Below, in pieces: positions 15,201-26,799 of a DNA stretch of 64,000 nt. The translations under genes were made by a program, and so were the position numbers. Source of the DNA: Azolla caroliniana (lineage: Eukaryota; Plantae; Polypodiophyta). Every line of letters begins with the position of its first letter. Positions within the stretch are counted from its first letter, which is position 1. Where the stretch lies: the NCBI GenBank assembly GCA_043228905.1, contig JBHGNT010000004.1, positions 1,054,001 to 1,118,000 on the forward strand, read 5' to 3'. The notes beneath the pieces are model-generated. The model was not told where the DNA came from. It searched no databases and saw nothing but the letters and a program-made list of their open reading frames with translations.

Positions 15201-18200
15201 CTCGATATGTTGAGCTTGGGGGGAGAGTACAAGCACAAAGACGAAGGAAAACATCGAAAATCAGCACCATACAAGAGGAAGAGTGACACCGGCATCGGCA
15301 AAGTAACGCCGGCACATCTAATCTGACTTGACCCGGCAAGTTAGAGGAAGACTTTCCAAAGCCCGGATGTTTTGAAGTTAGAGATAAACCCGACCCTATC
15401 GGCACCCTTGACAAGCTCGAAATTTTGGGTCAGCAAGATCAACATTGCTAGATCAAGATTGAGTACATAGGAACAATGAGAAAACCACGGTCTAGTAGTC
15501 TGACCAACTATAGTCGAGTCTTCAACTACACCAAGACAACCAAGCTTAAGAAGACACACAATTGGCATTGAGGGAGCGGGTTGAGAATCAAGCTCAACTT
15601 GTGTGAACATATGCTTATGAAGAAAAGAACGATGTGTGAAAAAGTGTGTGAGCACACTTTATTGTAATCCGTGTAGTTGTTAAGTGTTAATGTAGTCAAA
15701 GGATATTAGATATTCTTATAACAAAATCGTACTCAAGTGGATATCTTGGTTAGATTCCACCAACACATTTAATATCGCAGTCCCATGAGGACTTGTATAT
15801 AAAACCCCCTTTGCCCATTCTATTTTGTTGATGATCTTTAGTTAATTAATATAGCTCTCTTCAATGCATAAGCTGTCATCCCCCTACTGTGTATTTTCTT
15901 ATTTTCTGGTTATTCTCTCTGATTCCTTCTTTTGCTTATACACCCACTCTCTCTCTCTCTCACACACACACTACGCTTCTGAATACTCAACTCTACTAGA
16001 GCTCAATTCTTTACAGTATATGATCAAGGTATAAAACATAGATTCATGAACATTTTCAAGCATTAAATCACAAAAAAGGTACACAAGACAAAATCAAGCA
16101 AACAAGAAAAATAAGGAAATTAGTAATTCCTCTTTCATTAAGAAAAATAACTACACCACCAGTGGCACTACCCTTTGGCAGACCCAAAAAATGAGTAAAC
16201 ATAAGAGAAAGATAACTCTCTAATCAGAAAAAGGTAAGCATGTGTTTATAAACCTGGAAAGATTTATACCTCTAAATTCTCATGCACTTGCAATTTCGTT
16301 TGCTCTGGAGCAAGAAGGTCATTGATATCCTCATTGTAAATTTCCATGTAAGACATTCGAAGAAGGAACTCTCTATTTACTGCCTGCTCCAAGCAAGCAA
16401 TTTCATAATAACAAGGCCTCAATATAATTTGCAGACCATCTAATTATATTAGCATTCTGGAATCTCAATGACCATGCAAATTCAAAAAACAATCATTCTT
16501 GTTTGTGTTAAGATCTAGACCATTACTTTCACACATAGTCTTGTTCTCCTTATTCCTTTACCTCTTAGAAGTTAACATAGTAAAAAGTAAAGTGAAAAAT
16601 GAGCCAAACAATATTAGTGCCGACGATGAGTGCAAAAGCAAAACTAGATATTTGAAGTTCAGGATGAAAGAAGAAAAGTGCTACAAGCAAATAGACAGAG
16701 CTGTACACAGAGCTGCATCGTTCTCCCACTTATCAGTTAGTTGTATCAGCTCTATAAGGAGAATCGTGTAAATACTTTAGTTGTACACAGAGCTGCATCG
16801 TTCACCCACTTATCAGTTAGTTGTATATCTCTGTTTGGATCCCTGAACTCTGTTCTTCAGTCACTGTTCATTCTCAGTGTGCTATTCCTTCTTATCAGAC
16901 ATCTGTAGTTGAGAGCTTTCTCAACTAATTTATCAATTTTAGCATCTACCATGGATTATGCCTCCCCCATTTCGGATGTTCACATGCTATCATCATCATC
17001 TTGCACTACTTGTATATAGATTGCCTTTTGTGATTATCTTAACTTTTCATCAACTTATTATTTCAGTTTTTATCCTCTTTCAAAGGAATGTTTTCATTTA
17101 ACGAACATTTCAACTACTTCTTTGTTTATAGGCTTTTGAAAGAGGTAATATGCCATTTGCTACTATAAAACTCCGAAGACAATCAACAAGCTTTATACAT
17201 CGTATATAGAAGTTTATATATTTAAAAAAAGTTAATTTCTTATCAACTACCCAGCATGAGATGAAAAAAATGCACATGCAGAAAATTATGCTTGCGGTGC
17301 ACCTCCTGGAATGAGATAAATGATGCTCAATCTAAAGTTATTTCACTTGCGCTTTCTTTAAATATATGCCTGCAAATAAAGTTACCTCCTCCAGGTTTCT
17401 GAATACATCATGGATAGCACGAGGGATAATTCCAGGTTCATCTTGTGATCCACGCATTGTGAAGGTTTTTCCACTACTAGTCTGCCCATATGCAAGAACA
17501 GTACCTAGAATTTATACGCACTAACAATAAGCTATGTCAAATCTTAGAGGACCAAGATGAGCAGAATTCAACTTCTTTAATACTGTTTCGTGCGTAAATT
17601 GGTGGCTTTAAGAGATAGATACATAAGTAACATCCAACTGGAAAAACAGAATATCATTCTCATTATCCTAAACATGTTTGCACAAATGATTCTTTTTCTG
17701 TAAGAAAAGTGATTGTGCTGCTGTGAAAGATCATCCACAGTAGAATTTCAACGAAATTTTTTTCAACATCTAAAGATAGATTCCAATTGGTATTGTTTTC
17801 CTATCATCTATCTTGATTCTCGATACATGCCTGGTGAAATCCCATTGGCAATTTCTTTCGCATAGATCAGAATTTGGGCTTTATTGATTATATGGTACTT
17901 GTAACCAGAAATTGTCTGTTTGGATAAATTGAAGGCATTATCTAGAATGTGATATGATATGTGTCCCCATCACAAAGTTTGTGTCTTTGAGAATATGCTC
18001 GACTGAAAAGGAAAACTCGAAAAGATGCGTCACATGAAAATGAATGTGAGAGGCACACAGAGATTTGTTAGATTTTACCATTAATACCCTTTACTGCAGA
18101 TGCCACGATATCTCTAGTAGTTGCTTCGTAGATGTCTAGCGTGGTTGAGTCCATACCAAATACATGATCTGAAAAAAAAATACATGATCTGACCAATTAC

Positions 18201-19077
18201 TACTAAGCTAACAAAAATACAGAGCATACACCAAATGTATATATTGGTGGTGTGGCAGTAGAAGCAGCCTTACATTGACACTAAGAATTTCTCGTTCATA
18301 TATTCAAATTTAGGATATTCTACAATGAGAAACTATCATTCATATACTCACAATTTAGGTGTATTCTCAATGACGAATCCTATACTATACTAAAAATGCG
18401 TTCAAACATATTTAAATTTAAAACAAAACAGAGAAAATACCAAATACATATTAAACATGGGTATAGAAATTAAAATTTTAAAAACAGAGGACTTATCAAA
18501 TAGATATACTAGAAATGGGTTTAGAAAAACAAAAATTAAAAAATAAACAGAGAGCATACACAAATTATATACAAGAAATGTGTATTCAAATTTGAGAAAG
18601 AGAGAACATATCAAGCATGTATACTAGAGACAGATAGTAAAATCAACATTTTCTAAAAAACCAAGCGAGTGCCAAATATATGTGTTACAAAAGAGCATAC
18701 CAATACATGTACTAGAAGTAGCTACAAAGATTCGGATGTAAAATTGATGTGGATATAAATTTGTCAGAAAATCAAATATAAATAGTTGAAATGAATATAA
18801 AAAAAATCAGAAAATCACAAACAAGTCAGGGAGAATACCAAAAACATATACTATAACTGGGTGCTGAGAAGAAGAAGAATATAATTTAATTTGAAGAAAA
18901 GAAAAATAAACAGCGAGAGTAGTATACAATACCGAAGACATATACAGGAGGAGTGGCAGTAGACAAGTTAGCATTAATGAGAGTGATTGCATTGTTATTG
19001 ATCTTCCATGGATTTCCTTTGGCAGCTTCTTGTTTGTCTAGAGGGCGAACTCGTATAGAGACTGAGATCTTCTCCAT
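229..19077 (-). CDS. KIN7: Kinesin-7 (CENP-E-like) motor protein with long coiled-coil tail; multi-exon, 3' end beyond the left edge of the window
   Basis: GT-AG exons: 19077-18933 ([13 protein letters not shown]), 18168-18079, 17504-17386 (P-loop [10 protein letters not shown]), 16383-16270 (SYMEIYNE), 10575-10494, 7905-7838 (switch I NVHSSRSH), 7712-7638, 7328-7183 (switch II DLAGSER), 7094-6992 ([14 protein letters not shown]), 6895-6815, ~6730-6662 ([19 protein letters not shown]), ~6190-6032, ~5940-5884 (RRETWCP), ~4660-4415, then further coiled-coil exons down to 342-229. The last exon ends in a GT donor, so the gene continues off-window. Confidence 0.95.
5000..5400 (+). mobile_element. 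Decayed non-LTR retrotransposon (LINE) fragment, N-terminal part of RT, in a kinesin intron
   Basis: Translates across stops and frameshifts as [44 protein letters not shown]...[11 protein letters not shown]...NYRTIIIG, the typical LINE RT domain 0-1 pattern (PIFK...NYRxI). Confidence 0.75.
8500..8780 (+). mobile_element. Highly decayed L1-like LINE RT remnant
   Basis: gtgaaagcttatgatctggtggatt = KAYDLVD, resembling the L1 RT motif KAYDRVxW; the surroundings are decayed. Confidence 0.35.
10700..12030 (-). mobile_element. Decayed LINE fragment (AP-endonuclease domain and linker) in kinesin intron 4
   Basis: Minus-strand ORFs give IMLLGNF (GDFN motif), [18 protein letters not shown]...TC...STVDYLMGS (endonuclease C-terminal xDY motif) and NSWHDEEC...RKKK (post-endonuclease linker). 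Confidence 0.75.
10749..11244. repeat. Tandem duplication of ~250 bp inside the LINE remnant
   Basis: gaaaagacagaaagatagatatagtaaaacc...cttcatacaatgact starts at 10749 and again at 10999, with few substitutions. Confidence 0.9.
12654..13245 (-). mobile_element. Fragment of a second, unrelated LTR element (3' LTR 12654-12944 plus adjacent internal sequence) nested in the copia 5' LTR
   Basis: Host LTR homology stops at ...caagtggat|12654. The segment has TGTT...AACA termini, a minus-strand TATATAAACCCC box and a CT-rich tract. A purine-rich stretch (aataaagg) precedes the LTR on the minus strand. Copia homology resumes near 13248. Confidence 0.6.
13248..15326 (+). pseudogene. Disrupted copia pol (post-integrase linker, RT, RNase H)
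   Basis: ORF pieces 13649-14062, 14200-14595 and 14631-15326 contain [43 protein letters not shown] and DIFTKAL, separated by stops and frameshifts. Confidence 0.92.
18219..18950 (-). repeat. Degenerate repeat array in kinesin intron 1 resembling the exon1/intron1 junction
   Basis: About 8 minus-strand copies of TATATGTxTTTG|GTATxCTCT-like units (near 18231, 18440, 18495, 18560, 18610, 18670, 18700, 18838), similar to the true junction GTATATGTCTTCG|GTATTG at 18933. Confidence 0.6.
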
Positions 19078-20533
19078 CGTATGGATAAATGTGGCATACG
19101 ATCCTCTTCTTCCAGCGCACTCCTACACTCTGCAGAAGTAAAAGAATGGATGAAGGAGGGAAGGCTAGATTTTTTGGAGAAAAAGAAGAATGGAAGGAAA
19201 GGATTGGCTTCTCTTCTCCTTTCCCTCCAAAAACAGAGCAAGCTTTTTGTTAATTTGAACAGGAAGGAAATGTTGATGCCCCTCTGCCTTTTTTGCAATT
19301 ATTCCCTGAATGCCCTTTTGCTGAAGAACCCCCCCCCACCTCCACTACTTCATGCTACTACTGTGTATGTATGTATAGTATCAGTATGTATGTATGTATA
19401 TATGTATATATGTTTGTCTTTCATGGTTAACCCGACACTCAATAGTAGCATGGCGCATTCATTAGCCTCCTTTTGCAAGGATATGAGTAGCGATGGGCAC
19501 GGTTCCGGTTCGGTTCGGTTTCAAGGCAAAGAAACCAAACCGTTTACTTACAACCAAAACCAAAACGTTTATGAACTCTCAGTATTTAAACCAAACCATT
19601 TAAGAAAAAGTTGAAACCAAACCGTTTAGGGAAAAGTTGAAACCAAACCGAACCATTTAATAAGAATTCTAAACCTAATCACTTAAGTCAAACTAATTAA
19701 ACATCGAAATAAACAAAAATACATTAAATTAAATAAGCATTTAAGTTCAATTTATTAAATCAATAAAAAACTATTAAAGTAAAAAAAAAGTTGACCAAAA
19801 ACCTTTAAACCAAACCTATAAACCCGAGGTTTAGAACCGAACCGAACCGTTTATCGAAAATCCAAACCATTAAATTTTTTTGGAACCAATAAACCGTTAA
19901 AACCATGGCTTAACGAGTTGGTTCGGTTTGAGCCGAAGCCGTGCCCATTGCTACATATGAGTGAGTGTGTCTCATGTTTGCTTGACCATGCCTTTGTCAC
20001 GTTTACGAAGCCGAAGTGTCCCCTTCTTCCCTATCTTCGAAGAAAGAGAGAGAGAGAGAGAGAGAGAGAAGAATAAGAAGAATGATGGATGTGACAAACC
20101 CTACTACTATTAACGTCTTTCTAGATCTAAGTTCATCGGTTGTCAAGATCATGATAGTGCATGCAATGCACCTATCATTCCTTTTCTATCCAATCACAAG
20201 TAGTAGTCCCTTTCTAACATTTAGTGAACATGCCCCCCTTGACTTACGTAAACCGCAGGCAGTGACCTACCCTCCTCTGCCTCTTAACGAGCGATGAGCG
20301 TGAGACCGGTTTGGGTGTGGCTGGTTTTTTCGGACATTCCGGGGCCCCGAGAAGACAAATGAGTGGCCATCACACCCATGCGATGGGCGGGCTGTTTTTT
20401 CAATGTGTCCCACACTGGCTGAAGAAAAATCAAACAGAACAAAAATGCTGCTGGCCCCTGTTTCTCTCTTCTTCTTCTCCTTCTTCTCCTTCTTCTTCCA
20501 CTTGCAAGAGAAGAACAGAGGAAGCCATCGCCA
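19078..20533. promoter_or_regulatory. Shared bidirectional promoter and 5'UTR region of the kinesin and HR-lesion genes
   Basis: Head-to-head ATGs 1.46 kb apart, with CT/GA-rich 5'UTR-like tracts next to both. Confidence 0.6.
19488..19953. mobile_element. hAT-superfamily MITE in the bidirectional promoter
   Basis: TIRs tagcgatgggcacggttccggttc / gagccgaagccgtgcccattgcta (~24 bp, few mismatches), an 8-bp TSD gatatgag/catatgag (7/8 match), many subterminal AACCG/CGGTT repeats and no ORF. Confidence 0.88.
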
Positions 20534-22928
20534 ATGGGCATCACCTCCTCTGCAGGACGCCTCTTCTTCTCTGCCATCTTCATCCTAGCTGCCTGGCACA
20601 AGTAAGCGTTCTTCCGGAAATGGTAACAGACTCGCGTACACTGCATAGAAGAGACAGCATTGAGAGTAGAGGAGGGGAGGGGAGGGGAGGAGAAGACAGA
20701 GAAAAGAAAAATGCTGAAGTTGTAGCTCTGTGGGTAAGGTTGCCTGGCGAAGGTCATGCACCCCACCCCTGCATAATGCAATTCGCAGTGGCATCTAGTA
20801 TAGGCGTGCAGTGCAGTAAGTGAGAGTTCAACACTGGTGGTGCATGGGTTAGTAAGTTTTTGGCTTAATACTCGGGTATAGAGAGAGAAAGAAAGATATA
20901 TTAAAGAGAGAGAGAGAGAGAGAGAGCTCATTTGATTAGGTTCTCTGGCTGAGACCAGAAGGCCATGTATGTGTTCAGCTCTACCTTCCACAGTGGCATC
21001 TAGTATGGTACTGCAGTTAGTGAGATTTGAATCCCAATGCACGAGTAATAGAAATTCATGGCTCACTGCCACTAAGGTGTAGCCAGAGTGAGAGAAGGTT
21101 AATATTGAGTTTTTCTGTCTTTTTCCTAACAAGATTATGGTTTTGCGTCTGTTGAATGAGTAGAATCGAAGACTTTGGTAGAGATGGAGGCAGTGCTATC
21201 AAAGCTATGGAGCCCAAGCTTGCTCTCTTCAAGGGCCATGTGGTTGCAGCTCTTGGCTATGACATCCCACACGTGGAGGTAACACGGACACAGCACACAC
21301 AGATGTATGCAAATTATTTTCTTCTCAATGTGTATATGGCTTTGGTTTGCTGTATGTCTTAGATTTTTCGCTCCTTGATAGAGATGTTGAAAATCCTATC
21401 TTTAGGTCGGGTCTCTTCATGAAAATTTTGTAGTTAAGAAATTCTTCTCTTTCCAGACAAAGCACTTATTGATGGCTGCTATAGCTTTAGAAGGCATTGG
21501 TGGAATACTATTCACTTTCGGCAGTAGCTTGGGAGCTTATTTATTGGTAAGAGCTTTCTTTTGAGATTTTTGGCATCAAATCATTTTTTTATCATTTCTC
21601 TCTCATTCATAAGGGCATTGTCTTTCTTGTAGCTGATTTTCCTTGCATCAGTTACACCAATAATGCATGATTTCTACAATTATGATTCGACAAGCACAGA
21701 TCATTCACGAGAATTCACACAGTTTTTAAAGGTATTTACAGTAAAATATATATTCCTTGTTTTCAAATATTTGTTCAAAATTTCTTCCTAGTTATTAAAC
21801 CTCAGGGTATGCATTGTCAGTGAGGTCAGTTCAATATTTTCCTGGTAATATTGGATTGATTTCTATCTGTGTACAATTCATTCAGGAGTCAATTCATTTG
21901 TGTGTTCATTGTTTTGGGGTTTACGGTTTAGGGTATAAGGCATTTTCCTGGCGTTATTAGCAAATGGATTTATTTCTGTCTGGGTGCAATTCATTCAGGA
22001 GTTGTTCTTTTTGTGTGTGCACTGTTTTTATGTTTAGGGTTTAGTGTATAAAACCTAAGATGTCTTATGAACCCTTTGAAGGTTCTATGTTTAGTGTGTT
22101 TACAACATAGATCGCCCTCTAAAGTCTTTCCAAGATCTCATCTGGCTTGTTTAGGGGGCTTCATCGTGAAATGTCTCAAAGAGGCAGCAATGTGACGTAA
22201 TGTCTCTGCAATATCACTCTCTCGTTATTGTATGTCAGAAGCAGGATATTGTAAGTTTCGTAGTTTATGGCGAATGTCTTCCAAAGACTAATTAACATAG
22301 CTGTATGGCAAATGTAGGCTTAGGCTAATACTCTGACAGCTTATGAGTATAATTGTGTAAGCCTCCCTGACTGTAAGACTTACCAGTCAAACATGAACGA
22401 ATGTCTGTCATAGCGATACAAGAGTTCTGTGTGGAATGGCTTTTGGTCAACCAATCAAGGGTATACCTATGGTTTCCAATATCTCTCTTATCCATGAAGT
22501 CATTTCATACCATTTCAAAATATTCAGCAATAATCTATTGAGAATTCTGGCAGTACCTATCACATGAAAAGGTTAGTTGGGCATCAAGAAGTATAGTTGA
22601 CCAAAACATTCCATATAGTCACACTGCGATGTGGAACAACAATTTTTTAGCTACTGTAGCTAAACTTCTAACTTCAGTGGTTGGGTAATGTAAATAATCA
22701 GTCATCAGGAAGGGTGGAAATCAAAAGCGTATTATTAAACATGATTTTTTCATATTAAAACTTTATAGTATGTTTTCTTCTAATGATGTAAAGTTTTCTA
22801 ATCTGAGAACATGTATTAACTAAAAACTTTTGCAGAACTTGGCTTTGTTTGGTGCACTTACTTTCTTTTTGGGAATGAAGAAATTTAAATCAATCGATGT
22901 GAAGAAAGTGAAGGCAAAGACAAATTAA
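20534..22928 (+). CDS. HR-like lesion-inducing protein (Nicotiana lesion-inducing-like, DoxX-like small membrane protein), ~154 aa
   Basis: Five GT-AG exons in phase: 20534-20601 (MGITSSAGRLFFSAIFILAAWHK), 21164-21278 (IEDFGRDGGSAIKAMEPKL...), 21457-21546 (LEGIGGILFTFGSSLGAYLL), 21633-21731 (TPIMHDFYNYD), 22836-22928 (NLALFGALTFFLGMK...KAKTN*). Has a C-terminal KxKxx ER-retrieval-like motif. Confidence 0.93.
21835..22035. repeat. Degenerate ~105-bp tandem duplication in intron 4 of the HR-lesion gene
   Basis: Two copies of ttttcctgg...caattcattcaggagt...tgtgtg...gtttag(g/t)gtataa. Confidence 0.7.
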
Positions 22929-25900
22929 GAGGTCTTTATGTCTTGTCATCGATGACAATGATGTCATGACATGCTCTTTAATGCTATATGATTGTGACCA
23001 CAATGTTAATGTCAAACATGTCATTCGAAAACATCATTTGCGACATTGCAACAATATTATCCACAAAATTTTGGATGTCCTATCTCAAACATTTTTATAG
23101 CTGTGATCAAAGTGGATATTTGCCATGGTTTAGAGTCTAGAGTCTAGACTTTTTCCATGGGTTTTTGTTAGTTTGTGGTTTACGATCCTTGGCTATATTA
23201 TTATTTGAATCTTGTCCAAACATGACATAATTTTGAGATCCTTTTGTTGATGTGAGATATTAATTTTAAAATGCCTTTTTGACACTCTATGATGTCTTGG
23301 TGGAAAGTATGCTGCTTGAATTGTGTCCCTATCTTGAATTGTGTCCCTATCTCTTGTTGGTTTGGGATTGCTTGCTTAAGCCATTGTGCAAGACCTTGTT
23401 CAACATTTTATTTATATATCATCAATGGTAATCAATAACTTTCTAACGTCTTTTAGTTGATGAATGAACTTAATGAACCAAATTGATGTTTTTCTGTTTT
23501 TTTATATGATATAAAAAGAATGTGCTTGGGTGTGGCATTAGGTTTGGAAATTGAATGATAAAGTGCCATAATTTTTTGGCTTCATAGAGCTTTGGATTCA
23601 TGGTGACGATAAAAGGGGAGTTGGTTTTCCACTACCCCAATTTTCTTTCTTTGCCAATACCTTACCAAGATGCAAGAAGTAGAGCCATTGTTGATGTTTG
23701 TAGTTGAAAGTTTGTGCAGTCATAGAATGCAAGGCCAACTTTACACTATGATTTTTTAAATGCTAACTAGTAACAAGTATTTGAGAATATGGGATATATA
23801 TATATATTGGAGCTGAATATTTCTCGTGTTCCAATACTCTATTTTCAACATTAATGTAAATTGTGACACATTTCTTAAGTTTCTTTCATGTGGTTGATGA
23901 TACAATTAAAGATTGTTAGTTTAAATTTACAAAGTATATCATCCATCATAGATGCACATAAAGTTTGAAGGTGTAGCATTTAATGAATATCACATCATAA
24001 TAACATTGCTCCTCCACTCTAGTGCAATCTTGTTACCATCCTTATATATAATGTTGGGGGGTCAATTCGTACCCTTCACCACCCTTGAGAGGATGGAGGA
24101 GGTGAATCACAATTGATTTTGACCCTTAGGATCACCTCAAGTGGCAAGGTTTTGCTACCACCATGATAGATCTTGCATGGCGGACATGATATATTGTCAT
24201 TTAGAACAAAATATCACTCTACATCTAGTTTATTAAATAACAACTTTTTTAATTAGGCCTTACTCTCTAAACAATATTTGTCTCTCTTAAGTTGATCATG
24301 GTGCACCAAAACTTGTAGCCATTAACTAAAATTCTCTAAGGATTTTCAACGCAACTACTCGTTTTCAAGACTAGAACCACATGTTTTGCCTTGATTGTAA
24401 CACATCACAAAGATAGTGATTTGCACCATCTATTAATCAACAATTTATAAATGGTTGAAGAGAACACTCACCGATAAAGAATTCACCTACAATAGTTTTG
24501 ATTGAAGACCATATATTGACATGATATCCCCAAAGTATAGTTCATACTTCCCCCGATCTTCCCCAAATGAAAAATTGGATGTAAATGACACATTGCTAGT
24601 AATGAGATGAACTATCCAAAATAAAGCCATGGGAAACAAATATAGCAATGCTAATTTTTTTGGCATTATCTGAACAAGTGCTTAACCAAGTTGGAACTAA
24701 TTTTATATCTCTTGCATTGTTTTGAGGCCATTTATATTTGGGAATTTAACCCAATTGGTAACATCCCAAGTAAGCAATGCCATGAAAACAATATTTCCTT
24801 TAATGGCAATGTAGTATGCCAAAATGTTGCTACTCCATGGTAGCCAATAAACTATCGCTCATTAGTTAGTGATGACCTATATAAGAAGGTTTGTAAGACC
24901 AGTGGATCAAAAAGGTATTTATTTGATGTTCTAATGCACATACATATATTCAATTTCACATTAACTCTTCTTCAAAACCTCGAGCCACCCCATGGTGAAT
25001 GCCATGCTAGTTGGAATGTATTGGAAGCTCTTGGGCACTTCAAGTGGGTGCCATGTTGTAAAAATGGCTACATGGTAAACAAACCTTTTGTGGGTGCCAT
25101 GTTGTAAAAATGGCTACATGTTGTGAGATGAGAGGTTTTAATATACATATATTGATAAAACCATGTTTTATGTCAACGATGGAATTCGTATTATGTGAGA
25201 TGAGAGGTTTCACAATATGATGCGCTCACATATTCATAAAATTATATCATGCAATGTAAGGTACATTGTTAAACTAAACAAGTTTATTTTACGTGGTCTT
25301 GTTGAGCTAATATGTCCAAATCAATACAATGAGAGAGGTGATTAGTCATGTTTCCCATCAATAAACACAATGCAAATTGTGTAATCAATGTTGTGCCAAA
25401 AAGCCCCATCTAAACTATAGTTGGCCGAGGCACACTTCTCAACGGGATGTGAATGTCTTTTTACTTTGTTCATGTTTTCTCATGTCAAAATGCTACAATG
25501 AATTTAGTACTTACCAATGATCGAGGCATGCACATAACTCAAAAATGGTTTAAGTGTGCATGACAATGTGCAATGGGGGTGTTGCTTTAGGAATCCTATC
25601 AGGGTTTTACAATAAACTGAAAAAACAGACAAATGAAATGCATGGGATGAAAACATGCAAACAAATCACACAAGTAGACTGAAATAGAAGAAAAGGAAAA
25701 GGTATTCCTTATTAAATTGAGCATGATTTTGACGTGTACGGTGAATTTGTGTTGATATATGCCATATTTGGCAACGACCTATGGCAGAGCTTATCAATGC
25801 GTGGATGGCTATTTCTCGAGCACAAAAAATAGATATTGCTTCGTAGGGTTCGAAGCAAGCAAGTTTGAAAGAACATGATTGATGATCATATTCGTTCCTC

Positions 25901-26324
25901 GTCGCAACAAATATTATTGCTTCACGATTCGTGCAATTGTAACACCGGAGCACATCACGCAATTCACAGTGTGAAATCTTGTATGCTTTAAATTTAGTTT
26001 GGAAATTCAGAAAGGCCAAGTGGCTAGCCTTGGGGTGGGGTTTGGGTTCCTATGCACTATGTAGTGCACATTGCTTGGAAACTCAGAAAGAGCCCAAGTA
26101 GCTAGCATTGGGGGGTTTGCTTGCCTACGTTTTAATTATTTGGTCGTATTCGAATGTTCTGTAAGAGAACACGATGGATTCAGTGGTGTTTCAGGCCAAT
26201 TGATATCGGAGATGTGCATATGGTTCCGGGTTTTTGTACGTCATCCTTCAAGGCTGATTTATTTGAGCTAGTCGGACAACTAGGGCTCACATCTCTGATA
26301 GTTCCCAAAAAACTATGAACAAAA

Positions 26325-26465
26325 TAGATAGATAATAATAATAATAATAATAATAAGATAATAAATAAATAGATAAAAGAATAAATCAATAAATAAATAA
26401 AAGATAAATAAAGTAATAAATAAATAGATATGTAAATAAATAAATAACAAATAATTAAAAATAAA
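26325..26465. repeat. (AAT)n/(AAAT)n low-complexity microsatellite
   Basis: Visible run of ataataata/aataaataa units. Confidence 0.8.
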
Positions 26466-26799
26466 GACTAATTAGCAAATAAGGAAAAAGCAAAGATCTC
26501 GAGCATATTATGAATCATACGTACATATGCGAATGGTTCAATCATCCGAGTATAATAAACACCATCGAAGTATGGTAAATACCATACTTTTGTATTCATT
26601 ATTTATTACATATAAGGTAAACAAATTTTAAGGTAAAAAGTGTAAAAAAAGAAGATAAGAATGTATTGAAAACATACGCATGCGCTTGCATTCGTATGAA
26701 AACGAGTGTTTGCCAATGCATTCGAGTATATTACGTATACTACGCGAGTCTCGAGTCTCAACGATCAGGGATGGAGAGAGAGAGAGAGAGAGAGAGAGG

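Larger units (their letters stand above)
12490..16015 (+). mobile_element. Ty1/copia LTR retrotransposon, internally deleted (lacks gag, protease and most of integrase), antisense in kinesin intron 4
   Basis: TSD GTATA at 12485-12489 and 16016-16020. The 5' LTR starts TGTTGAGAATC at 12490 and is truncated at 12653. The 3' LTR is 15579-16015 and ends CA, with a PPT agggagcg before it. RT (YVDD) and RNase H (DIFTKAL) remnants are present. Same family as 40557-46179. Confidence 0.93.

Noticed and set aside
16506-16897. Possible solo LTR (TG...CA) with an internal ~50-bp direct repeat
   Set aside because: Flanks (gtttg / gacat) do not form a TSD and there is no second copy in the window.
19081-19614. 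177-aa plus ORF
   Set aside because: Antisense to the kinesin 5'UTR and running into the MITE; low complexity.
20284-21132. 282-aa minus ORF and the overlapping 170-aa plus ORF (20311-20823)
   Set aside because: They overlap the 5'UTR, exon 1 and intron 1 of the HR-lesion gene. Microsatellite-derived low complexity, no recognisable motifs.
21915-22050. Interstitial telomere repeats (gtttagggtttag)
   Set aside because: Only 1-2 imperfect units within a local duplication.
23400-25600. Possible decayed transposase or gene in the intergenic region
   Set aside because: No recognisable motif or consistent frame by eye; needs a translated search.
26568-26590. Hairpin aagtatggt-aaat-accatactt as a Helitron end
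   Set aside because: No CTRR terminus at the expected distance.
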